From contig JAUCBJ010007393.1 in assembly GCA_032718475.1 (NCBI GenBank), positions 1-41,272 of the forward strand: 41,272 bases of DNA, in the 5' to 3' direction. Below, in pieces: positions 1 through 10,589 of the stretch (positions are counted from its first letter, which is position 1; every line of letters starts with the position of its first letter). Under the pieces are notes generated by a model. That model was not told the origin of the DNA, did not search any database, and was given only the letters and a program-made list of their open reading frames with translations. Origin of the DNA: Nemertoderma westbladi. Taxonomy: Eukaryota > Animalia > Xenacoelomorpha. Made by a program: the position numbers and the translations under genes.

Positions 1-49
1 TATAAATTTCGGCAGGTTAAACTGCTGAAGGTCTATAAAAGCGCGTACA
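1..49 (+). mobile_element. Right end of an LTR (3' or solo LTR) of the same family, inserted into the leader of the older copy
   Basis: 1-49 (tataaatttcggcaggttaaactgctgaaggtctataaaagcgcgtaca) matches the LTR end at 2385-2432 and 17757-17804. It is not followed by the ATAACAGTTAT leader. The expected TSD is GGCCT (50-54); its partner lies outside the window. Confidence 0.8.
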
Positions 50-126
50 GGCCTACTGGTTACCGGTCGACCGGTACTTTTCGACTTTATTGCCTACGTT
101 GCAATAAAGAAAGCAATAACTGTTAT
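50..126 (-). mobile_element. Start of the internal leader (PBS position + hairpin) of the older minus-strand family member
   Basis: The reverse complement reads ataacagttattg...ctttattgc-aacgtag-gcaataaag-tcgaaaagtaccggtcgaccggtaa, homologous to 2433-2495. Confidence 0.8.
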
Positions 127-1169
127 TGTTTGCGCTTTTAGACCTTTAGCAGTTTAACCTGCCAAATTTAGGTGTCTTCTAGGTTATAAATCGACTTTAG
201 CCTATAACAAGTATTTGATACACATAAAGCTACATTAGCCGAAGCCAGCCTATGCGCGATCATTCACCCACGGTTAAGGGAGACTGGATTCGGATGCTCT
301 GACCTTATTGCGGTGTAGGCCCACTATACTATTCGACTGATCGTTAATATATAATCTCTGACAAATATTATTCACTTTCGGGAAATATTAACAGTTCCTT
401 TAGGACGTGGCGCTCTAAGTATGTAAACAGAGTTATGACTTACACTAAACACAATGGGATGGCTAATGATTTACGTATAAAGCTCATTCTTTAGGAAATG
501 CTTTGTTATCTATCACACTCATGCACACTACCGCACAATGCTGCACACTGATCTGCCAACCTTCACTAATTTTAATCATATATAAGGAGAACAGCAACTG
601 ACACATGTAGGGTCTATGAAATAGCATTCAATTCACTCCAAAACCACTATAATGTAAGTCGCAATTGCTAGATGTAACCGGTCTCTCTAACCTTCAGTAT
701 ATCAAGAAGATTGGGGTTTTCTGATTATTTATCGATATTCTCCAAATATAATCCATCAACTGATAACAATTAATAACCGACAGTAAATAGCAGTAAAATA
801 ATGCGGTAAAGGTATGTATAGTATTTGAGTTATGAATTATGCATTGAGTTGAGTTGAGTTGTTTGAGTTGATAACAGTTATACGTTTCTATGATCAAAGC
901 CGTTCTAATGTTTTCCTAAAGTCTGAAACACAGAATAATTCCACAGCCGATGTTCTGGGCTCAGGAAAAAAGGTAAACAAATACCATAATGCATTGCGCG
1001 ATTTCCCGGAGGCTTCTGTACAAATAAAATGAAAATCGCTCTGATTGGTCGAGTGAGTGAGCCTGAACAAAGAAAGCCAAAAGCTCCACATCGACATATC
1101 AGCTGATAGATGTCGTCATCTGAACTACACTGTATTAAGAGTATTTTGGCGCATTGCGGCATAAAATTG
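127..1169 (-). mobile_element. 5' LTR of older family member, distal part (interrupted by the 1170-17804 insertion)
   Basis: The reverse complement is colinear with, but diverged from, LTR 1170-2432. It ends ...aaagcgcaaaca and continues across the AATTG duplication at 17810. The reconstructed junction matches the uninterrupted LTR at 38210-38320. Confidence 0.85.
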
Positions 1170-2432
1170 TGTAAAAGCTTCTGTGGGATATAACTGGCCC
1201 CTTTGCTTCGCAATCCAGTTTCCCCCCCAGGCGCTGGAATACTCTAAAAGGTTCTCTAACTGTATATATATTCCCCTCGCCCGCAAGGTACCGTTATAGG
1301 TGTTTTAACGGACATAAAAGTCATTCTGCTATATACGTGTTTTGGCGGACATGGTAAGGCAAAAAACCTACAATGCACCAAATACCTTTCACAGCTTAGC
1401 CGTGATGATTCATATTACGACATCTAACAGCTGGTTGCTGACATGGAAACAGCCATTGGACGCATGGTTCTTTGTTTGGCTTGAGCCAATCAGAGCGATT
1501 TTTCCTGTCGACGTGTAGCTTTTCGGCCGATCATAAGGAGAGTGTTCAGTCTTACTGTTTTTACTTGATACTTTGTTGTTATTGCTGTCTAAGCCAGAAA
1601 CACCGGCTCTAGAGTTAATTCTTTTCATACTTTAGAAGAAACATTAGTAGGCTTAAGATTATAGAGCGTATAACTGTTATCGGTCCATATCAGTGCATAT
1701 CGCTGTACATATCTGTTCATATCATATCTTAACCTACCGTCTTAATGTTTTTACTGTTGTCATATCTTATATCAGTGGATTGAATATTATTTGGAGAACA
1801 TTTATAAAGAACCCAAATTTCCCAATTTTCTTGATACACTACAGGTTAGAGAGGCGGGTTATATATATAGCGATTGCGACTTATATTATTGTGGTGTGTA
1901 TTGAATTTAATGCTATTTGATAAGCCCTACATGAGTCTGTTGCTATTCTCTTTATATATGATAAAATTCATTGACGGTCGGCAAATTAGTGAGCAGTTAC
2001 CGGTAGTGTGCATGATTGTGGCTGATAACTAAGCATTTCCTAAAGAATGCGCCTCATACGTGAATCATAAGCCTTACCGACTTACCGTTGTGATTAGTAT
2101 AAGTCATATCTCTGTTTACTTAGATAGAGCGCCACGTCCTAAAAGGAACTGTTAATATTTCCCGAAAGTGAATAATATTAGTCAGAAATTAATTATTATC
2201 GATCAATCGAATAATACAATACCGTAAGCTTCACTGCAATAATAATCTAAGCCGACAGAATCCAGCCTCCCGGGATTATCCAGCGGGTGAATGGACGCGC
2301 ACTAGGCTGGCTTCTGCTAATGTTGTGTTTATTGGTATTAAATATTTGTCATCTTCTAAAGTATATTTATAAATCAAAAGACATATAAATTTTGGCAGGT
2401 TAAACTGCTAAAGGTCTTCAAAAGCGCGTACA
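1170..2432 (+). repeat. 5' LTR (1263 bp)
   Basis: Direct repeat of 16533-17804. By eye it differs by one 9-bp indel (attgtgcgt) and about two substitutions. Confidence 0.95.
1484..1497 (+). promoter_or_regulatory. CCAAT box in the LTR, conserved across family members
   Basis: CCAATCAGAGCG here; the same motif is seen as cgctctgattgg at ~1037-1048 and ~38119-38130 in the two diverged LTRs. A CAGCTG E-box upstream is also conserved. Confidence 0.55.
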
Positions 2433-2470
2433 ATAACAGTTATTGACTTTATTGCAGTAAGCAATAAAGT
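2433..2470 (+). other. PBS position: non-tRNA 11-mer ATAACAGTTAT followed by a 10-bp-stem hairpin
   Basis: No TGG-initiated tRNA complement follows the LTR. The stem is actttattgc (2446-2455) / gcaataaagt (2461-2470) with loop AGTAA. The stem is conserved with a different loop at 85-109. Confidence 0.7.
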
Positions 2471-2497
2471 TGAAAGTACCGGTCAACCGGTAAACCT

Positions 2498-2628
2498 GAA
2501 CCGGTACTTCTGTAGGTCAGTAGGCCCAACTGCCAGAACCGGTACTGCTGTAGGTCCGTAGGTCCAACTGCCAGAACCGGTACTTCTGTAGGCCAGTAGG
2601 CCCAACTGTCCTAACCGGTACTTCCAGT
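2498..2628 (+). repeat. 38-bp tandem repeat (about 3.4 copies) in the leader
   Basis: The unit gaaccggtacttctgtaggtcagtaggcccaactgcca starts at 2498, 2536, 2574 and 2612. Confidence 0.9.
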
Positions 2629-2794
2629 ATAAGTACATTAGTATTATTCGATTTGATTATTGTATACCGGTAGGTCTCGATATTAAATCGGGGACGCCTG
2701 GTTTTTATTGGGATTTTACTTAGGTCTATTTCTGTCAGTTTTATTTCCTAGTAAGTTAATATTGAGCTGAAGACGTGTAAGTCTGCTCAGATTG

Positions 2795-3078
2795 TTCAGA
2801 TAATTGTAGGCCGGACTGTTGTTAGATTGTTGTTGGGTTTGGAGAGATTGCGGCGTGTGTAGAGTTTGTCCGATAGAGTGCCAGTTAGTAAGTTGGGGCA
2901 ACTTGAGTGTAAGGTCAATCCCCTCTTAAAGAATAAGTCGTACAACCGTGTTAGAACGCATACTAACTAACGATTTTGGAATCTGCACATACTGTAGTTT
3001 ATTTTAGGCTTGACAGTATTCTGCCAGCGTTTTGGCTTGTGTTTGTTTGTGTAGTCTGTTCAGGTACCGTAATAGTTA
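2795..3078 (+). repeat. ~285-bp leader tandem duplication, copy 1 (copy 2 at ~7605-7895)
   Basis: Shared blocks such as gtaaggtcaatcccctcttaaagaataagtcgtac...gattttggaatctgcacatac. The copies become adjacent once the pogo element is removed. Confidence 0.85.
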
Positions 3079-3544
3079 GGGTAAGGTACCCCAATTCCGG
3101 ACATTGCAAATTCCGGACAACCTACTCAAATTCCGGACAAACCACTTATTCAACACAAATTTGTACCACGAAAATTAAGAATTCTGCGGTTTTTCTGTAA
3201 CGTGTCTGTCTGTCTGTACTCTGTACTGCATTGCATTACTTTTATTACTGAATTGATTAGTAGATTAGGCCTAAATGTGTAAAGGGCCCTCAGAATAGGC
3301 GATAGTCAGTTACCGGTACATAAGTCCTGACTTTTGCTATACAGCTATTGCTATACTATCGTAATACTGTAATATAATACAGTAATAGGCCTATTTGAAT
3401 TTGCTCTAATCTGCTAATTATTTTATACTATAATTGCTCTAATTTTCTCGATTTATAATATCTGATTAACCCTACACAATAGTCAATAGGCCTACCTATT
3501 TAAATTCGATCAATATCATAACTACGAAACTTACAAATGCTGAA

Positions 3545-5764
3545 ATGGCTATTGATTATAAGAGAAAGACATTCTGTAAATATGACAGGGAGAAGCTAAA
3601 TGCTGCAGTAAAAGAATATAATCGCGGTCGCCGAGGCAGTAAGAAGGAAAAGGGGCCAACGCTTAGAGAATTGGAAACCAAATATAATATTCCAAGAAGT
3701 ACCATTTCTGATTGGGTTAATCTCAGGTTCAAGGGAACTACTAAACGTCCAATGAAGAGGGGAAGAACGGATCATTTTAGGAGAGGAGCTCCAACTGTTT
3801 TGACTTCAAAAATAGAGAAGTATCTGGTGAGTTCCCTGATATACTTAGGTGAATGTGGCTGGCCATTAAATCGGCCTCAACTACAGCAAGTCGTTAAGAG
3901 TTATTTGGATAAAACTAAAGAAGGCAATCCGTTTAGAAGTGGTGTTCCTGGGTATCATTGGATGAGATTATTTGAACGCCGATGGAAGACAGAACTATCT
4001 AAAAGGAAACCGGAATATGTCACTATTGCAAGAGCGAAGGGCCTGTGTCCTGAAGTACTCGATGAATTTTTCTCCTTAGTAGATAATCTAGTGAAGTCTC
4101 TCGGTATTGAAGAACTTCCTAATCGATTTTATAATCTAGACGAAGTTGGGCTAAATGTTGACCCGAAGGCTTCAAAGTGCTTTTATAAAATGGGCTGTCG
4201 CGATGCGCAGTATGTTGTTCCTACTGAGGGGAAAACATCATTTACCGTATTATTCTGTGGAAATGCCTCTGGGACATACGTTCCCCCATATGTAGTATAT
4301 AAAGCGAAAGCATTGGCGAGTATCACAGCAAGTTGGCTGAATGGAGGACCGCCTGGGACTACCTACAACATCTCTAAAAGTGGATGGATGGAGGGTGAAA
4401 CGTTTGAAGCTTGGTTCATTAATGGGTTCCTACCGTACATTAAACATAAAGCAAAGCCGGTTGTCCTATTTTATGATGGTCACAACTCGCATATCAGCTA
4501 TGAACCTGCTTCTCAAGCTAAGAAACAGGGAGTCCACCTTATTGCCTTACCACCCCACTCCTCCAGTGCATTACAACCACTTGACGTCTCTGTCTACGGG
4601 CCAGCCAAGAAAGAGTGGAGGAAAATTCTTGTGAATTTTCTGCGAGAGAGTCGACTTGCCACAATAAAGAAGGAGATGTTTCCGACTTTGCTGAAACAAT
4701 TGCTTATGAAGGCCTTTATCAACAGGCCAGACTGGCTTATCTGTGGCTTTCGAAGAGCCGGATTGTACCCTGTAAATCGTAATGCTGTACCGGCATCCAA
4801 AATCATGCTTTCCCAGGTCGTTTTACCAGATAATGAGTCCACTGGTTCTGAATCAACCACTGACCTAGGCATAGTAGCTTCTCTTCCAACGCAATCCACT
4901 GGTTCTGGATCAACCACTGACCTAGGCATAGTAGCTTCTCTTCCAACGCAATCCACTGGTTCTGGATCAACCCCTGACCTAGGCATAGTAGCTTCTCTTC
5001 CAATGCAATCTTCTGTTTCGTCTCTGCCATCGCCAATATTAGGCCTACTTGCAGAAGATGATTCACTGGTACAACATGTTAGCTTTGGCTCTACAGAAGA
5101 TCATAGCCCACTCTCTCCATCAACTACACTGACAGCAGTTTGTGATACATTGGATGATACTTTTATACTACCTGATTTAATTGAATTAGAAGTCGAAAAT
5201 GAACAAAATATTTATACGCCTACTTGCAGTTCACCACGCAGCCCAAGTACAAATGTAACACAAAGTGATACTTCATTGGTATCATCCGCATCCCAGGCTT
5301 CTACATCATCTATCTTATCACCTCACTCAGCAATGCGTCATGCTATACTAAGAGCCATTAGACCCGTGGCATCTAAAGATACAAAATTTGCGATAGATAA
5401 TGCGAAACGAAAGAGGACAAGAGTGCAGAAGAAGCAGGGGGAAGTGTTAACATCTGATGTAGCACTTCATCGTCTAAATGAGGAACTCAAAGCACGGGAA
5501 GATAAAAAGAAAAGTAAGAAGAATAATCCTAAGGTTGCAAAGTCCAAGTCAAAGACAACCACCCAGATTTCCACTACGAATACCAATGCGAATGAGATTG
5601 ATCTTTCTATATGCTATGCTTGTATGGAGGTGGAACCACCAATCGAGGAAGATCTTGAAGATGATAATGTGAGTTGGGTGGCTTGCGATTCCTGTAACCG
5701 CTGGTATCATGAGTCCTGCCTTGATGATATAACTGACCCCTGCCTATTTTGTTCAATTGAATAA
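3545..5764 (+). CDS. pogo-like transposase: HTH-psq + CENP-B/Tc5 HTH + DDE_1 (DD35D) + C-terminal PHD-type finger
   Basis: Motifs YNIPRSTISDW, PGYHWMRLF, FYNLDEVG, VLFYDGHNSH and LQPLDVSVY, with 35 residues between the 2nd and 3rd Asp. C-terminal CYAC...WVACDSCNRWYHESC...CLFC. Confidence 0.92.
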   Translation: MAIDYKRKTFCKYDREKLNAAVKEYNRGRRGSKKEKGPTLRELETKYNIPRSTISDWVNLRFKGTTKRPMKRGRTDHFRRGAPTVLTSKIEKYLVSSLIYLGECGWPLNRPQLQQVVKSYLDKTKEGNPFRSGVPGYHWMRLFERRWKTELSKRKPEYVTIARAKGLCPEVLDEFFSLVDNLVKSLGIEELPNRFYNLDEVGLNVDPKASKCFYKMGCRDAQYVVPTEGKTSFTVLFCGNASGTYVPPYVVYKAKALASITASWLNGGPPGTTYNISKSGWMEGETFEAWFINGFLPYIKHKAKPVVLFYDGHNSHISYEPASQAKKQGVHLIALPPHSSSALQPLDVSVYGPAKKEWRKILVNFLRESRLATIKKEMFPTLLKQLLMKAFINRPDWLICGFRRAGLYPVNRNAVPASKIMLSQVVLPDNESTGSESTTDLGIVASLPTQSTGSGSTTDLGIVASLPTQSTGSGSTPDLGIVASLPMQSSVSSLPSPILGLLAEDDSLVQHVSFGSTEDHSPLSPSTTLTAVCDTLDDTFILPDLIELEVENEQNIYTPTCSSPRSPSTNVTQSDTSLVSSASQASTSSILSPHSAMRHAILRAIRPVASKDTKFAIDNAKRKRTRVQKKQGEVLTSDVALHRLNEELKAREDKKKSKKNNPKVAKSKSKTTTQISTTNTNANEIDLSICYACMEVEPPIEEDLEDDNVSWVACDSCNRWYHESCLDDITDPCLFCSIE
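4838..5010 (+). repeat. 57-bp (19-aa) in-frame tandem repeat x3 in the transposase linker
   Basis: STGSxSTTDLGIVASLPTQ units start at 4838, 4895 and 4952. Confidence 0.9.
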
Positions 5765-5983
5765 ATATTTAGCTCAGTGCGATCCTGTTACCGTTGGAAC
5801 CCCAGGTTGGGCCTTCCGGGTCTATGATGGGGATCCTCGCCTGTCTCATCATCGAGGTCGTACAGAGTTGGCTGGTTCTGTCAGTTTGCTGCATCCGTGG
5901 CTCATCTTGCTTAAACTGCTTTGCATCCTCGGTTTCTTCCCCATGATATATTCCCATATTAAATTTAATATGGTTAGGAAATA

Positions 5984-6950
5984 GTAAATAATTTTTGCAA
6001 TTTTTAGTGCATTAATACATTAGTAATAGGGCCTTTTTGGCTGTTTGTTTTTTAGTTGTTGATATAAATCTTTTTAATCATTATTCTAGAGTATGTACCT
6101 GTGTTATTTGTTATTTACATTACCATTAGCCTACTCTGTTAGGCTATACAAAGATTCTGATATATATATATACTCATAATACAGTAATATATGATGTATT
6201 TTACCTACTAACCCTACAGTCTACATGAATAAATAAATAATTGTAAATATGCCTAGGTTTTGTTCAAAGTTTTGTCAGCAACTTTTTGGCTGTCTAGGTG
6301 GTGTCTATTATCTTTACCGGTAGTAGTAAAAGAAACTAGTTGACCGTACCAAATGCTTGAGTTGGCCATTTAACATTTTTTAAATTCCATCAACATTTTC
6401 CCAATTTAGTCAAACAAGGTGACAAAATTAAACAATTATTACAGTTGCTGTGTTGTGCTGTCAGAAATGTAAATATTTTTGCAAAATTTTAAGTGCTTTT
6501 ATACATTAGTAATAGGGCCTTTTTGGCTGTTTGTTTTTTAGTTGTTGATATAAATCTTTTTAATCATTATTCTAGAGTATGTACCTGTGTTATTTGTTAT
6601 TTACATTACCATTAGCCTACTCTGTTAGGCTATACAAAGATTCTGATATATATATATACTCATAATACAGTAATATATGATGTATTTTACCTACTAACCC
6701 TACAGTCTACATGAATAAATAAATAATTGTAAATATGCCTAGGTTTTGTTCAAAGTTTTGTCAGCAACTTTTTGGTTGTCTAGCTGGTGTCTATTATCTT
6801 TACAGGTAGTAGTAAACGAAACTAGTTGACCGTACCAAATGCTTGAGTTGGCCATTTAACATTTTTTAAATTCCATCAACATTTTCCCAATTTTTTAGTT
6901 AGTGATATAAATCCTTTTAATCATTATTACAGTATGTACCTGTGTTATCT
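5984..6950 (+). repeat. ~485-bp-period tandem duplication in the pogo 3' non-coding region
   Basis: ~5984-6405 is nearly identical to ~6469-6891; a partial third copy runs to ~6950. Confidence 0.88.
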
Positions 6951-7604
6951 TGTATCTGTGGTATCTGAGATTTATATAATATATTGAATTATTATCAACT
7001 CATCATCATTTTACAGTGATTGATAGTTATACTGCATAGAAATGGCTAGACAGAAAAACGAACAGACAGACAAACGAACAGACAGACAAATGACAGGTTG
7101 GTTTACAAATTATTGACATTAACGAATTGTGCTTGCTTAGAAATTCAAAACAAAAAAAAGTTGTGCAAATCGGAAAATTGTATGAATTCTGACTTTCATG
7201 AACTAGTGTTTTTAAGTGGTGGAAAGACAGACAAACAAACAGGTAGACAAGTGAACAGACCCCCCACCCCCTGGCAGCATGGTGATACATGTATTCGGGT
7301 TTTAGGCACCTTTCTATAATGTAAACTATAGATTTGCATAGCAAACAGACATAGGCAGAGACAAATTTATACTCTGTCCGGAAATTGGGCACCTGCCCAA
7401 ATACCGGACAACCCAATCTTGTAAAAAAAGTGCCCATTTGCGCCCATTAGATGGCGCTGGGCACTCAATGTTAAGATTTTATTTTGATGTAGGATAATGT
7501 CCTGTACTGTTAGAATCATCTTTTGATTGGAATAAACTATGGTTGAGCTACAATAAAGGAAAAATCGAAATTCTGTCCGGAATTGGGGTACCCTACCCTA
7601 TTAC

Positions 7605-7895
7605 TCAGATATTTTGTAGGCTGGATTGTTGTCTAGCTATTATTAGGTCTGAAGAGATTGCTGCGTGTGTAGAGTTTGTCCGATAGAGCGCCAGTTAGTA
7701 AGTTGGGGCAGCCATTGCTGTAAGGTCAATCCCCTCTTAAAGAATAAGTCGTACTACCGTGTTAGAACGCATACTAACTAACGATTTTGGAATCTGCACA
7801 TACAGTAGTTTATTTAGGCTTGGTGGTAGTCTGCCAGCGTTTGGTTTGTATTTTGTTTGAGTATTCTGTACGGGTAGCGTAATATTTATTATTCA
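7605..7895 (+). repeat. ~285-bp leader tandem duplication, copy 2
   Basis: Homologous to 2795-3078. Confidence 0.85.
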
Positions 7896-9186
7896 GAGTT
7901 TATGCGATTATTCGCAACATTCATGTCCCCAAGTTTATTCCTACAGTAATTGTGTTTGTTACACATACCGTTATAGTTAAATTACCCCCGGTACTACACG
8001 GGCTGCTTGGCGTAGGTAAAGACTGGTGATTTTGTGCACCGGTCACTCCAGCAGATGCCGTGGTTCTTTTAACTGTTCAAGTATATTTAACTACTGATTA
8101 TTTGTTATACCAGTACTTGTACCTAATTTAGGGTTTAGTGTACAGTGCTTTCCGAAGTAATTAGTGTGTAGGCAGTATATTTGTGTTGTAAATTGGTTAA
8201 TAGGCATGCTGGATCTGGTAGTCCGCGGTAATTAACTTCTAGGTAGGAACAATCCGTGATACATAACGTAGTACCTATAGCGATACGGCTATAGGTCGTC
8301 AGGCGGTGGTATTTTCCTATCTGGACAGTGCAATATATTTACTACTACTTATTATTTTCAAATACCGTAGTACCCTGTCCGTTGTAATAACCAGGACTCT
8401 AACCCTTTGTTAGGCTGGTTTGTAGATTCCCTGTAAATTTATCCTAAAAATTTCGTACGTAATATTTTTGTTGTGTTCAATTAGAGATTTAATCTCACCC
8501 GTATCGTAGGTAATTTGTAGTATTAAGTAACTTAGGTAAATTAGAATTATCTGTTTTAGTGTCCCATAGGTAGCACTTCACTGAGAGCGCACAGCTTCTG
8601 TGTAGTGACCCCCCAGAAATAATAACATTTATTTCAAATATTGACATAAACCCATTTTAAACGGGTATATAAATATTATAAATCAACTCAAACGATTTAT
8701 AAGTAGTAGGCCTGCCATACAACAACTAGGTCTCAATATCAGTTGGACTACTGCTTAAATAACGGTAACAAAGTAAGTTAAAGTAACCAAGTAACCCTAA
8801 AGTATTCAGAAATTCAATTATTCTAAAATAATTGACATACCGGTATTTACCATAGGCTTATTATATTTATTTCTATAAATTTGAGCTGAAATCATACCGG
8901 TATTCTGTAATTAATTCTAGTCTGTAATAATTATACTTATATATACTATAAGTGTCAGCTGTATACCGGTATTCACGATAGGCCTATTATATATTTATAT
9001 ATATTTGTGCTAAATTTATATACCGGTACTCTGTGACAAAACTAGTTTACAATACTTATACATACTATAAGTATATACCGGTATTCTAATACTGTAATTA
9101 CCGGTACTAGGCTAACAGTGATACTGAATTGCTAGACTTGCTTTAACTGTATTTATAGCCGTAGGCATTCAACTGTGTAAACAAAC

Positions 9187-10566
9187 ATGTCAGACACAAC
9201 CCAATCACTGTCGGATAGTCTCTTAGAAAGTGTTAGAATGACTGTTAGACAGTGCCTTAAAAAGATCAGTGACCCAGATCCAAGTATAGAACATCCTAGA
9301 TCCAAGTCTAAGTCACCTACTATTATAAAAAAGGCCATCCCTACAGTAGTAGTGTCAGACCCTAGGCTAGTAGAACAACATAGGTCTATCATCGGTACTC
9401 GGGCCCAAGTCAAGCGGGATCAAGAAGCCGCTGTCAAACAGCAGCAACATCCTAGCCTAGAACCTAGTTCTCAGCGGCCCGATAGCTCCAGTAGTTCGGA
9501 TACTGCTGAGCGGACGCCCGAACGCGGAGCGAAGATGGTGGATACGGTTTATGATGAACAGCCAACCTATGAAGAATCAACCGGCGCCACTTCTTCTCAA
9601 GTGGAAAGCGAAGTGGAAAGCGAATTAACATCAGCAGAGAAGCCGCGAACTAGAGACGCCATTGACATCTATCTGTCAGACTATCAGCGATTCATAGGAG
9701 ACGAAGAGTTGAGGAGACGACTGTCTGGACTTCGCCCTAATAGTGAAGGAACCAAGCTTGTGTTGGACGCAATCGACGCTGAAATGTTGGCGGCTAATCA
9801 AGCTGAATTTGATGAAAAACTCCGCCTCACTAGAGTTCAAGAAGAACAAGTAAAGAAAAGGAGGATAGAGGACCAAAGGGCAGCGGCAATCGCAGAAGCC
9901 GAAGCAGAAAGAAAGGAGGCAGCGGCAAGGGCAGAAGCAGAAATACAAAGAAAGGCAGCAGCGGCAGAAGCAAAGGCGGCCATGGCAGAAGCAGAAATAC
10001 AAAGAAAGGCAGCGGCGGCAGAAGCAAAGGTGGCCATGGCAGAAGCAGAAGCAAGGGCGGAAAAGGCAGTAGCGGAAGCAGAACGGAGAGCGTCTGAGCA
10101 GACTACCCAACTGGAGTTGGAAAAGCTGCAAGAGACGCAAGATAACATAAATAAACAGTTAACTGCTAGTCACATGCAAATGATGAGAAAATCTACTCCC
10201 AAACGCCAGGGCTATACTTCATCAGAGGAAAGCGAAACCACCGATCCTGAAGGCGGAGGAAATAGATCTCGTCTAAGCAGGCGTAGAAAAACATCTTACC
10301 GTCACAAATTACCTGATTTGCCCCCAGCTGTTAAAAGACAACTAACTAGTACAGACTTAGGTAGTGCAGAACCCATAAAACAATTTATCCAGGTCAAAAG
10401 ACTCCCTACTATAGTCGATGAGCCTGAAATAATTAGGCCTGTCGTTCCCAAAGTCACTCCTGTGCTAGAGACCCCTGCACTTCCAGAGCTTAACTCTAAA
10501 TTCCCTTTACATAGTACTACACTGCCTGTACCCAGTGGAACAGTCCATGCAAATCCCCTGTCCTGA
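9187..10566 (+). CDS. Retrotransposon ORF1, probable Gag N-terminal part (Ala/Glu-rich coiled coil)
   Basis: 459-aa ATG-initiated ORF with AEAE/RKAAAAEAK heptad-like repeats. It overlaps the next reading frame, which is open from 10515. Confidence 0.75.
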   Translation: MSDTTQSLSDSLLESVRMTVRQCLKKISDPDPSIEHPRSKSKSPTIIKKAIPTVVVSDPRLVEQHRSIIGTRAQVKRDQEAAVKQQQHPSLEPSSQRPDSSSSSDTAERTPERGAKMVDTVYDEQPTYEESTGATSSQVESEVESELTSAEKPRTRDAIDIYLSDYQRFIGDEELRRRLSGLRPNSEGTKLVLDAIDAEMLAANQAEFDEKLRLTRVQEEQVKKRRIEDQRAAAIAEAEAERKEAAARAEAEIQRKAAAAEAKAAMAEAEIQRKAAAAEAKVAMAEAEARAEKAVAEAERRASEQTTQLELEKLQETQDNINKQLTASHMQMMRKSTPKRQGYTSSEESETTDPEGGGNRSRLSRRRKTSYRHKLPDLPPAVKRQLTSTDLGSAEPIKQFIQVKRLPTIVDEPEIIRPVVPKVTPVLETPALPELNSKFPLHSTTLPVPSGTVHANPLS

Positions 10567-10589
10567 GCATTGAGAGAGGAATCAAAGAT

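Larger units (their letters stand above)
3079..7598 (+). mobile_element. pogo-like (Tc1/mariner-pogo group) DNA transposon, apparently intact
   Basis: 25-bp TIRs gggtaaggtaccccaattccggaca (3079-3103) / tgtccggaattggggtaccctaccc (7574-7598) with one mismatch. TA duplication at 3077-78 and 7599-7600. Subterminal aattccggaca repeats. Confidence 0.93.

Noticed and set aside
1410-1920. Small ORFs repeated at 16773-17283
   Set aside because: Identical only because they lie in the LTRs; not recovered as ORFs in the diverged LTRs.
60-2490. Foldback element or giant TIR
   Set aside because: Explained by an LTR inserted antisense into a related LTR (TSD AATTG; host LTR resumes at 17810).
2795-7895. 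Direct repeats flanking the transposase read as LTRs or a long TSD
   Set aside because: The transposon has its own TIRs and TA duplication; the repeats are a diverged tandem duplication of the retroelement leader split by the insertion.
9676-10148. Antisense Cys/Leu/Ala-rich ORFs
   Set aside because: Shadows of the GCA/GAA-rich coiled-coil region of ORF1.
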